From: Tubiluchus corallicola
Lineage: Eukaryota; Animalia; Priapulida
Length of the DNA stretch: 64,000 bases
Direction: 5' to 3'
Assembly (NCBI GenBank): GCA_030141605.1
Contig: JAQGDQ010000007.1
Coordinates: 1,041,173 to 1,105,172 of the forward strand
Shown here: positions 1-11,288 of the stretch, piece after piece
Position numbering within the stretch: position 1 is the first letter of the stretch
How the letters are laid out: every line of letters begins with the position of its first letter
Notes under the pieces: generated by a model
What the model was told of the DNA's origin: nothing
The model's input: only the letters and a program-made list of their open reading frames with translations
The model's database searches: none
Program-made: the position numbers and the translations under genes

Positions 1-326
1 GTTGTATAAGACATAATTTAAAAGTTAAAAGTGGTTTTTAGCTTGACCTTCATCTGTAATCATTTAACCTGCAATAAAAGGTGCGCATGTCAATTGCCAT
101 TAGTATATTTGCCTGTTATAAGTGCAGCAATAGCGTTGTCGTCTATATTAGGCCTCCTCAATAAGATCCAAGCTGCTTTTAGCATGGTTTTTGACTTTCT
201 GCTGGAAAAAAGCACATTTCATGTGGTGAAAAATATGGTACACACCTGTGAAGGGCAGTGGTTTTAGTGGTTTAATATTGATGAAAATCCATGTATGTTA
301 TAATAGTTGTAAACTGTTTGTTACAG

Positions 327-439
327 GTTATGACACAACAGTAGGAGAACGTGGGTTAAAACTGAGTGGTGGAGAAAAGCAACGAGTGGCCATTGCTAGG
401 ACGATACTGAAGGCTCCCCAGATTGTCTTGCTTGATGAG
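327..439 (+). CDS. ABCB6: ABCB6-like ABC half-transporter, internal exon (ABC signature and Walker B)
   Basis: Acceptor ttacag|327 and donor 439|gtgaag. Translates [38 protein letters not shown], with the LSGGE signature and Walker B. It closely matches the ABCB6/HMT-1 nucleotide-binding domain as I recall it. The upstream exons lie outside the window. Confidence 0.92.
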
Positions 440-1800
440 GTGAAGATTTCTTATACTTTTTCCCTAATTTTAGTAAAATCACTTATTACTTGAGATTTAA
501 CAGTTTTGACTATCTAAGATAGCTTTGGTTTTGACATTAGCACAATTAACTCTCGAAAAAATTTTAATTGCAGTGAGTAGAACAAGTAAGAAAAGTTAAT
601 GTCTATCTCATGGTTAGCATTTTGAACTTTTGTATAATGAACAACTTAAATATAAAACATCTTGCAAGCATTTTGGTTTTTGTACTGGAAAAGTAAAGGG
701 ATGCTTATCTATGTGGAAGGGAAAGTTTTAGAAGCATGTGATGATTGCAAGTAGACATCAAAAAATTGATTGAAATTAAATGATTTATGCAGTTAGTAAG
801 CTATAGTTCTTAAACTGGTTATCCTGATGGCAAACAAATATTTCAGATTGAAAGTATGAACATGTGCTGTTTTAAATATAATTTCAAGAAACAAGGTTTT
901 TAATTTGCTGGGTGAAATTTTGTTTTATAATATTATATTACTGCTGTACTATGTATGTGAGTTCTTAATTTAGGCTAATTTTGTGGAGTTATTAATGTAG
1001 GTATTATTTTTTAAAAACAATTGAGCCTATGAATTGCAAAAATTAACATAAATGAATAGTAGTTCTAAATTTCGATAGTTGCTCGCAAACAGCTTACAAA
1101 TAAAAAATTTCAAATTATATTTAGGAATAGTAGTGTAAGGCATAGTTCACAGTACAACACTGTATGGTACAAACGACAATACTGACATTATTTAATTACT
1201 TAGCTAAACAAAGGCTTAGCAATGTATGCTGTGCTACCAAAACAGTATTCACAGATCACTTTTATTCATAATTCATTGTTGTTCCATAGCAGTGTGTGAA
1301 TACAAATAATCTCGAAAATAAATCACGACTTGAATATCGATGTGTTTACAAATAGTACCACTATATACTGTTTTTGCTGGGAGGCAAAGGCACATTAATA
1401 ACACGATTATATTAATATTCATATTGTGCACCATTAGCAGTTTTCGCTGTGGGAATAATCACAGTTTTCACTTTGTAAATAGCAGTGTTATGCATTAGTC
1501 ACTGTTTTAACTGTCTGAATAGCTTTAGCTGATACAATGGTCACTACTTTCATACATATCATACACCAGATTGCAGTCTTCACTATGTGAACAGGTATAT
1601 TTTGCAAGTTTTCACTGTATAAATAAAATCCCTCTGTTCCTTTTCCATTTCTTTATTGTTGGGTATTTGTTAATTAAAAGTAAAAAGTAAATAGTAAATA
1701 TAGTATAGTGCTTAATGATATTTAATGAACTAGTGGTGTGATATTTTGACTGTGAGTATCTTGTCTAGTTTTTTGATTAATTCATATGCATATTTGACAG

Positions 1801-1895
1801 GCAACATCTGCTTTGGATACTAAAACTGAGCGAGCAATTCAGTCGTCTTTAGCAAGGGTTTGCGCAGGAAGAACCACTTTGGTAGTGGCTCACAG
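1801..1895 (+). CDS. ABCB6: ABCB6-like, penultimate coding exon (D-loop to H-loop)
   Basis: tttgacag|1801 ... 1895|gtataa. Translates [31 protein letters not shown](R). It joins the previous exon in phase 0 to give LDEATSALD. Confidence 0.93.
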
Positions 1896-2847
1896 GTATA
1901 ACACAGTTGTCAGTGATTTTTTGCTGGGAAGGCTAATTTTTGTTTTACTCTTACATTTAGTATGGCTGCTGTTTTCCCTAATATTTAATAGGCTACATTT
2001 GCAAAGTTTTTGAACAAGCCTGGACTTTCATTTAAAGATAAGTAAAGGATAATTAAAATAAATTAGTAAAGACTTGTGGACATTTCTTGAGACGTCCGCA
2101 TTGTATTTAGAATGTATCTCCATCAGAATGGATAGTATCTATGGTACTGGTGATCTACATCATTGAGCTTTAGTATTAGAATACATGGATTTGTGAGTTA
2201 TCTAACTCTGTCGTAACTTTTTCGAATGATGTGTGATGAGAGGTACTCTAACCTTGAACCAAAAAACAAAAAAGTGATAGAAAAGTATTGTAATTGTAAT
2301 TTATTGTCTCCTTGTGTTAAAAGATTGTTAGATGACAGAAAAATTAAGACCAGATAAAGTCATGCAGCCAGCTGATTTGTGTGAGCATTTTTTGACAGAA
2401 AATTTGAGAGGGAGACTTAATCAGTAATACCTGCTATAATGTCATTTAGGCTTTCTCTGATTTATTATTCTTAACACTAATATAATTTCATTGTCACGAA
2501 TTCAATTTTTTGATGCCTGAAAAAGGTATCGTTGTGGCTTATACGAGCGTGATGTTTTGAATGAATTTCTGTAAATGCACTTGTGTATATAATAGTTTAC
2601 TTACTGAAACATTAAGTATTATACCTTTTGTACAGGTATTATAAATTATTGAAATGTTGTTTGAGTTTCTTAATTATCCCTAACACAATTTCTCTTAGAG
2701 TTGCCGAACCAGCAGCTGACAACATAGGCAAGACTCCAACAACTTTTATTATTTTAAAATGCAGTAAAGTTGGATAAGTTGACTGACTGCTGTTGGTCAC
2801 TTTAGTAAAGAAATATTGATTCTCTCTCATTTTAACCTCATTTGCAG

Positions 2848-3061
2848 ACTATCAACTATAATACATGCAGATTTAATACTGGTATTGCGAGAGGGGGAAA
2901 TTATTGAGCGAGGGAGGCACGATGAATTATTACTACAAAATGGAGCTTACGGCAGTATGTGGCAAGAACAGCAACAAAAACATAAAGAATCTTCAGAAGA
3001 TGTTCTTATAAACCTCGGTGATGATGAAACCAACGGGCCATCTGCTGGCAGTCAAAGTTAA
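2848..3061 (+). CDS. ABCB6: ABCB6-like, last coding exon
   Basis: tttgcag|2848. The phase-2 junction AG+A gives Arg, so the protein reads [31 protein letters not shown]...YGSMWQEQ...SQS, with stop TAA at 3059-3061. Confidence 0.92.
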
Positions 3062-6000
3062 TATTAGATGAAAATTAGATATTTGTATTCATGTGATAAT
3101 TATTAGGATGTTTGATGATGGTGATAGTGATGATGGAAGAATTGAATTGGATTATCATTCTTATGAGATACTATTATGTTTGCCTGTATAGTTTGTAAAT
3201 AGATGTAGTTAATAGCTGCTTGTTATCATCTTTACTGTTGCCAATTTATTAAAATTGTCTTTTGTCCAAATTGTCACTAAAATATGCAGAAAAGTGTGAC
3301 TCTGCAAATCTAGATTGACAGTAACAAAGACTAATGTAAATAACACCAACTGTAGATAAAATACAAACTCATTAGTTGTATAAACAAATCTTTAAACACA
3401 GTCTCATTATAAGATCAGTAAATTTGTATTTTATCTGCAGTTGATGTTGTTTAAGTTGTTCATTGTTAACTCAATATTCAGTGCAGAATGATTTTTTCTT
3501 ATACTTTGATTTATGTCATACCTATATCTAGCATGTTTGTTTAATAGCCAGTTATACTAGTGACTGACATGATAGGGATTTGACTGGGATCGAGACTTAT
3601 GGACCAATTAACTAAAAGCATATTAGTGGGCAATTGGGTTAAAGGCTCAGCAGCAATGGGCTTTTTAGACTCCAATCGTCTAAGTGATCTAGAAAACAGA
3701 ACACACCTCACTGCAGTTAACTATGTATGTTGGATTTTTGGATCGTGCTAACAGTGTTTCAAGCATAGAAATTTGTTTTTGTTTGCGATAATGGTTGGTG
3801 TTTAGCATTTATTTATAACACACAAATCCATTTTAACTATAATATTGTGCGAGAGATAAGGATGAATAAGTTATTTAGAAGTTATTAATTGTAAATTTAA
3901 ACAAAATTTATACTGTTTTTATGCACTACACAGTAATACCCAGTTATTAATGCTAACTGAAAAGCACAACATAAAGAAGTTTTATAGCCCTATGTAATAT
4001 CTGTTATTAGGGTTATGTGTCAGGAGAGTTTAGTAGAAATAATATCACAGTTAAAAACAAAGGTTGTTTGCTCAAATCAGCTAGTCATAGTGACGAATTA
4101 TATCGTGTTCTCTTATTGAATATGTCAGCATCTACTGATTACTGCGCTGAGGGAAGCTTTGTTCTTTATGAAGGTTCAAAACATTACATGCAAATAGATC
4201 AGGTCGTGACATACTGTGGCATTTATTACATGGACATATGCATAAAGCGTATATTCATAATACATGTACAGGAACATAGGTAGCGAGTATAAATCCACTC
4301 AAAGAAATAACAGCAACAAAAGAGGAAATGAACAATACACATTTAACCTATTAAATGTTTACAACCATGTGAATCCATTGCTTATCACAAACAATCCAGC
4401 CCGGTTTACATAACATGCGAATTTCGTACTGCTTCTCAATAATCCATTCCATACAGTGGGAAGTTTAGTAAGACATTAACCAAACTGTTAAAGTAAAATT
4501 GCTGCATATCACAACAGTATCATTAAGAAATATATACAGCGTGTCATCCTGTTTTCCCCGTAGTTTGCATAAAGGTATAAAATTGATTCACCAGCGAATC
4601 TGAGCCGAGTAAAAACAGTGTCTGTAATAGATACGCAATGCTTGTATCTATATAATGGTGCAATGTATTTATGGCGTTGTTTTTGACTGCAATATTGGTC
4701 CTTAGCACTTATTTATGACAGTCCATTCCTTCTCTAATGGTTTCTAGTTACTGCTTATTATTAAAGTAATGCCTGTTATTACGAAAGAAGCAAAACTATC
4801 ATTTCTATAACTGCATGCTATTTTTTCATGAGTAACGGTTGACTGCAGAATTGATTCACCTTGGGTGCTAATTTAGTTTCTTATTCAGGAGATCACGTGA
4901 AGGTCATATTTAACTAACTAAAGAAGCTAGTCACGTTCTCACCGAAGGTTAATTTAACTAGACGCAGCTGCACTGTGTGAACGTGAAACTGCTATGTGCA
5001 GAAAATTTGCTTTTAACTTACGCGAATCTTCAGTTTTTTATCTAAAAAGAAAGTAATTTGCAGTTTGACTTTCTGGACATGCATATGTGTTTAGCTATCA
5101 GTTCACAACTTGGAACTAGTCCGTTTATAATATTTTCTTGTTTTGTGTTTGGAGTTTTTGATACTGAATTGCTGGTAATATTTGCGTAATTCAGTTATGA
5201 TTTGTTTTTTTTCTTAACCAGTACGGTAGTGTATAGTCAAACTAATAATTGCTGTTTTTCATTTTAATTTACCTGATTCGTTTTTAAGGATGACTTGAGT
5301 AGTTTTCGTCTTATGCAGTATATTTCATGTATGGGTACGTGTGCATATTTTATTGTGAACGTCAAAAAGTGTATGTAAATAATCATGAAAAATTTATGAC
5401 ACGATTAATGGAATAATAGTTATTAAATTTAGAATGTGTAGTTTGATCGGGTCTGTATTTATTACTCGTTTTTGTTCTGCGAACTTTGCTGGAGTAGACC
5501 AAGGTCTACATTTTTAAGCTTTGATTTGTACTTGTATATTGCGGTACGATCAATTCATGAGCTTCATAGTGGTGGTATTGAAACTCTAGAGGAATTCCTG
5601 TTAGGAGCAGGGAACATGATAAATGTAACAAGATGCTGCACCGTCAGCTTGTATATGTATACAGTTTGGTGCGCTTGAAAATAATTTAAAAAATGGCAAA
5701 AGGTATTTTCTATATCATAAACATTATATAAGCTGTTTCTTGGAAAATCCGTAATTTTCATTAACCTGTAGATGTATATTAGTAAATGGATGGAATCATG
5801 ATCATTTAACCAGCAACGAAATGCTGTTCTCCAGAAACAATAAATTAGTGAACTAACTTTTTTATTAAAAACGAGCTGACTGTCGTCCCGTGAGGTTGGT
5901 TTGTTAATTAAGAAATAATTTTTTTTATAAAACTAGCCTTATGATGCATTACACGCTTATAGGCGTACATGTACATATATTAAGTAGTATAATTTTGGCT

Positions 6001-6534
6001 TCCAGTTTGGCTGTAATTAGAGTGGTATAATGACACTAGGCTTCATTTTATGTTTTTAAAAGTCTAGCTCATTGCTCATTTTACTTTTCATAAAAGCTGA
6101 ACGCTAAACAAATTATTTTGCCGAGCTGACTGGATGATTGGTTAAATATAATAAAGCGTTTTCATAAAGAAATTAATAGACAATTTGGCTGTATGTTAAT
6201 TACTGCTAATGCATGCATGTAAAACGCGAACTGCTTCTGTGTAATTGATAAATGAGTTGCAATTATGCAGATAAACGTAGCCCCGGTTTGACGAACGGGT
6301 TGGGTTGCTACAAAACGGAAAAATACAAAGGCTAAATACTGGCCAGCATTAAAAAGATACGCACATTGCTTGTCAGCACCGCATAACCAGGATGCCAGGA
6401 TTGGTGATATCAGAAATGCTTATAAGGTACACGTCTTTAATTATCATTTCGCCCCGGCTGTGACTATTATTACAGGATAAGGTGTGCGAGAGTACCATTA
6501 TTTACCACCTAATCAGAACTTTCTGATCGCTTTT

Positions 6535-6640
6535 CCTAAGCCTACTCACCCTTAACTGAGTACCTGGTCGTGTGCAGGGGGAAGAAGGCAGCCGAGCAAC
6601 GGACTAGTCGCCCCCTATCTTGTATGCCGCCTTAATCGCC
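6535..6640 (+). mobile_element. Degenerate SINE remnant resembling the Deu/Nin conserved domain
   Basis: The stretch gcctactcacccttaactgagtacctgg...ggggaagaaggcagc...cgccccctatcttgtatgccg resembles the central domain of DeuSINE/Nin-type SINEs. This is from memory, not from an alignment. Confidence 0.4.
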
Positions 6641-7538
6641 AACGTATCTTCCCAGACAGGCATGGGTCATCCTTCCTAAGCAACATCCCCAACTCCCACC
6701 AGAGCTGCTGACGATCCAGTTGGTGTTTTGGTTCAAGATATTTGTGAAACTTTCCAATTTATATCCTGAAGTTTAGACAATTGATAATATTTTTCAAATA
6801 GACGGAGTGTGTTTTGAAATATGCTATTACTCTGTAGCTTTATCCTCGGGTAGCTGTATATGAAATTTACTTATACGCGATGAGTGCAATGAGTACGGGG
6901 GTACAGATATACAGAATAATTTATTACGTCAAAGGATTGCAGAAATAATAGAGAATCTATTATGCCTTTAGAACATAGTATGGAAACCTCGCGTGTCTTC
7001 ACACAATCTGGTCTTTCACGTAATTTGGAGGGTACGAACGGAGCACTGACCTAAAAATGCTGGGAGTAATTTATCGATTGACCTAAATGGCTTGGAAGTT
7101 CACCGGACCTCAAACCCGTTAACAAATTAGCTATCCCGAAAGACAAAGTGGAAGATGAATGATAAGAGATAAAACTAAAAGATGACAAAAATAAGCCATG
7201 GTCAGTATTCAACTAAACTTATGTGTTGGAGGGCCTTGAGTTCTTCGAGTCCCTACTCCAGTCACCTTTTCATTATTGTAGGCTGTGCTATATCTAATAG
7301 GCTTTTACCATATTTTGATGGCATATTCCCTGAACAATAATTAGGTGTACTACTTATTTTTGTTCCAACGCAAAAGGTTGTGTACCACCCTGTGTTTTAG
7401 TTGTAACTGTTGCATAAATGACTCATGGTTCCGTTTATGATTTACGTTTTCATCTGTCACGGATCTAAAGTTGTTTTTTCTTAATAATTTTTATAACAAT
7501 TCACTGACCCCTAGACATTGCTCACGGCATTGAAAATA

Positions 7539-7540
<2 letters not shown>

Positions 7541-7576
<36 letters not shown>

Positions 7577-7595
7577 AGAGAGAGAGAGAGAGAGA
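7541..7595. repeat. (AT)n followed by (GA)n microsatellite, left flank of the LINE
   Basis: Direct read: (AT)n at 7541-7573, then the GA tract to 7595, abutting the LINE tail. Confidence 0.95.
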
Positions 7596-7918
7596 TTTTT
7601 TATTATTATTACAACTCTATTTTATTATATATATTAACATAAATACATACATAATATACATAAATTCCCTCTATTTGCAGGGACCAGTATGAACATGATT
7701 ATAATAAGTTGGAAAATAATTACAATTATCCCTTTTAATATCATTTGTGACTATGATAACAGTAAAACGCTTATATACAAAAACATATCAACAACTAGAG
7801 GCAACATAGCTAGATTTACATTTAAATTTATATTTACCTAATTTTATAAATAACTCTTACTTTTATATTTTCATTGACGGGTAGCAATCTAATTATATAA
7901 AATGACAGTGACTGGACT

Positions 7919-10900
7919 TCACATTTTTAAAAATAAACTCCACGTTTTTTCGGCTATATTTTCCTCTTTAGCATTTTTAACAATTTCTACAAACGCATTA
8001 ATAGCATTTCTACTTCTTATTCTGTATATATCCTTAAGTTGCCTAGATGGGAGTGCAGTTTCAAGTTTCCTTCTGAGTTCGTCTTTTATTAGAGGACAGT
8101 TAAAAATTATATGTTCTGGCGTTTGGCTGTTTGCATTGCATTTACACATATCAGCTTCTATCAGACCGATTCTATTGCTAAATTCATTACAACCTCTCCC
8201 TAATAATAAGTTGAAAGCAATGGTTTCAATAACACGTTCATTTCTTGTTATTTGCAGATCTAAAGGTTTTGCACAAACTTTAACTTCTTCCAAAGGGTTT
8301 CCAGCTAACTGGTTTCCAGCAACAGTTTTCTTTTCCATAGAAACTCTAGGAATTTTTGACATTCTTTCTTTGTGTATTTTAAATTGTCTTGTGGAATTGA
8401 CTGTAACATTTCATTTCGATTTGCGTTTAGACCTTTAATGGTTTTTAAGAATAATCTAGTCTTATTTAGGTGTTCTGCCAGGAAATGGTTCCAATATTCA
8501 GCACTGATGTAATTCTCATCCGCCTTAATTAGTTCTTTTCTGACTAAGTCATCTGCAGGTAAAGTAAGTAATTTCAATACTGACTTAACAGATAAAACAG
8601 AATAAATAACATCCATTGATGGTAGTCCTGTAATTAATTCAGTTTCAATTCTTGGAGGATTAAAACCTACTCCTGTTGCCGTTTTTAACATATCATATAG
8701 TATATCATCAAAAGCCGTGATGTTCTTTGCTAACCATGCTATCGAGGCGTACAAAATCGTTGGAAGTACCATGATATTAAAAAGTCTCAAAATTGTCTTC
8801 ATATGCAAACCTTTGTGCCGGAAACAAAACTGCTTTATCTGGTGCCATGTTTTCCACGCCCTTTTCCTGGTATCTAGCACGTGAGTGTTAAAATTTAATT
8901 GATTGTCCACTGTGACACCCAGCACTTTGCTTTTTCTTACATAATCAATAGGATTATTTCCAAACTTGAGGTTTGGTGGATCTGGTTCCCAATTCAAAAT
9001 TTTTGAGTTCTTGTACAAAATGGCTTCAGTTTTGTTTTTGGCACAGTTTATGTTCATCCGCCACTTCTTACACCAAGTGTACAGTTTATCACAACATTTT
9101 TGTGCTTTTAAATAACATTCATAGTTTGTGTCAGCTGCGATTAGCAAAGAACCATCATCTGCATATTTAAATTTTCCACAGCTTACTTCATCATCTATTG
9201 ATTCAAACATGTCAATAACATACAACAAAAACAGTAATGGTGACAAAACGGAACCTTGTGGGAGACCCAACTGACAATTGTACTTTGGAGATGTGTGACC
9301 ATTAATACGTAAAACAATATTCCTATTTTTTAAAAATGTACTAATAAGACACAACATGTTTCCTTTAATACCATATTGATACAACTTGTACAATAGCCCC
9401 TTTATCCAAACACTATCGAAAGCTTTTTGAAAGTCGCAAAGAATTGCAATGCAGCTTGTTTTAAGTAAATTTGTTCTAGTCAGGTTAGAAATAAGCCTGA
9501 CCAAGTAGCGTACTGTACTGTGTCTGGGCCTGAAGCCTTCTTGCTCATCATCAATAATGTCATATGCATTACAAAATTGTCTTACACGATTTTCAACAAG
9601 CTTTTCTGCTAGTTTTCCATAGTAGGAGGTAATGCTGATAGGTCTATAATTATTAGGGTCACTATAATCGGACTTGCCATTTTTTTTATAAATGTAACCT
9701 TTGAGTCATTCCATGGCCAAATATTGCTGCCTAAGCAAATGTTGACTATATTGAGAAAGGTGGCTTTAGCCCAAAATCCCATGTTTTTTATCATTAGTGG
9801 ATGAAACCCATGAATGTCTATGCTCGTGTTATTTGTTTTAACACTTTTTATCGCATTATTTAGTTCCCTCATGTTAAATTTATCATTTAGCCATGTATGC
9901 TCCACAGCTATTTGTTGATCAATTTGCTGGTCAACAATTTCTTCGATTTCTTCAAACCATGCATTATCAAATGAATTAGGATTTATATGTTCTCCACTAA
10001 AAATGTTTTGTACATGAGTTTACTTTTGTCATCATCACTTACGTAATCTTTACCCTGCACTTTTAGGCTTTCTATTTCGTTACTGGATTTAGTTTCAAAA
10101 ACGCGTTTATATGTTTTCCAGAACTCCTTACCTTGTGCTACATTTAAGTTTTCAGTATTTTTGTCAATCCACTTATTCATTTCTAAATGCAGCGCGTCAC
10201 TAAACTCTGACTTGGCTTCCACATAAGATTGCTTGTTTTCGTAATTGGACATCTGCAGGTAATTTTTCCTGCAAAGCCTCACTTTATTACTTAATTTTGT
10301 TAACTGACTAGACCAGAAAGGTTTGCTAAATTTTGTTATCATTTTCTTATTTAGTGCTTCTTCGTTTGCATTTTCTATGACCTTTCGGAGCTGTACCCAA
10401 GCACTCTGAACATCTTTGGCCTGAATAAGTTGATTTAGTTCATGAAATTGTTCTCTTACTTTACGTTCCAGAACACCTGACCATCTGTACCAATCACTAT
10501 TCTTAAAATCGTACACACAACGAACTACTTTATCACTTTCCGATAGTTTACATTTAATTTTACTTATAACAACAAAGTGGCCCATTTGGGGTGCTCCCGA
10601 AAAGAGCTCTGTATCTTTCTCTACATATTGCTGACAAAGTTGGGCAGAAAAGTTTTGGATAGCTAATATAACATCAATCGTACTAGAACCTGTTGCAGAA
10701 CTGAATGTGGGTTCGTTTGGCGTAATAATGACGTGCTCACCATTGGCCTGATTTACGAAGTTGTGAAGTTGTATGCCATGTTCATTGTCAATCCTATCCC
10801 AGAGAATATTACGGGCGTTTAGATCGCCTATAGCCGCAATACTGTATATACCGTGTTTACTGCCGAAAGAAGCTGCTTTCTTGTACATTAATAACCATTT

Positions 10901-11287
10901 TCTCATTTGTTCAGGTGAATTTGGTTTTATATATACAGATCCTATTAACATTTTAGTATGCGGCGTATTTAAGATAACCCATACAACATCTAAATCTGAA
11001 TCGCTTGCATCTGATAAGTACAACATGTTACTAGCAATATTTTCTTTTATATACAAGGCTACTCCACCAGAGTAATTGCTCACGCCTTCTTTGAAATAAC
11101 CTTTGTAATTTGTTAATTTTGGCTGTAAATTTTTAGTGATTTTCGTTTCCTGTACTGCCACCACATCAAAAGACATACTGTTTGCGTAATTGTCTAAAGC
11201 TAACCTCGATCTATCTGACATATTGTTTATATTGATTTGACAAATAGTAATCGAGTCTTTTACTTTGACGTCTTGCAAATTTGCCAT
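7919..11287 (-). CDS. LINE ORF2: APE endonuclease, reverse transcriptase and C-terminal CCHC; three 1-nt frameshifts (about 1120 aa if repaired)
   Basis: EN motifs QININ, VAVQET, GGVALYI, GDLNA, NEPTF and STIDV. RT motifs NYRPISIT, QEGFR, DFQKAFDSVW, GLPQGSVLSPLLF, YADD and LGVTVD. C-terminal CKC...EHIIFNC. The ORF-track pieces 9983-11302, 9609-9905, 8305-9504 and 7919-8362 join if one base is restored near 10001, 9684 and 8328. Confidence 0.9.
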
Positions 11288-11288
11288 T

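Noticed and set aside
2620-2641. AG|GT string (ttttgtacag|gtatt) in the last ABCB6 intron as a recursive site
   Set aside because: The pyrimidine tract and donor are weak and the intron is under 1 kb, so it is probably chance.
3062-5860. Polyadenylation site of ABCB6
   Set aside because: Several ATTAAA/AATAAA candidates occur in AT-rich sequence, and none can be chosen without transcript data.
7902-8438. 178-aa plus-strand ORF (also 10773-11075, 11984-12361 and 12439-12732)
   Set aside because: These are antisense shadows of the LINE ORFs and have no independent motifs.
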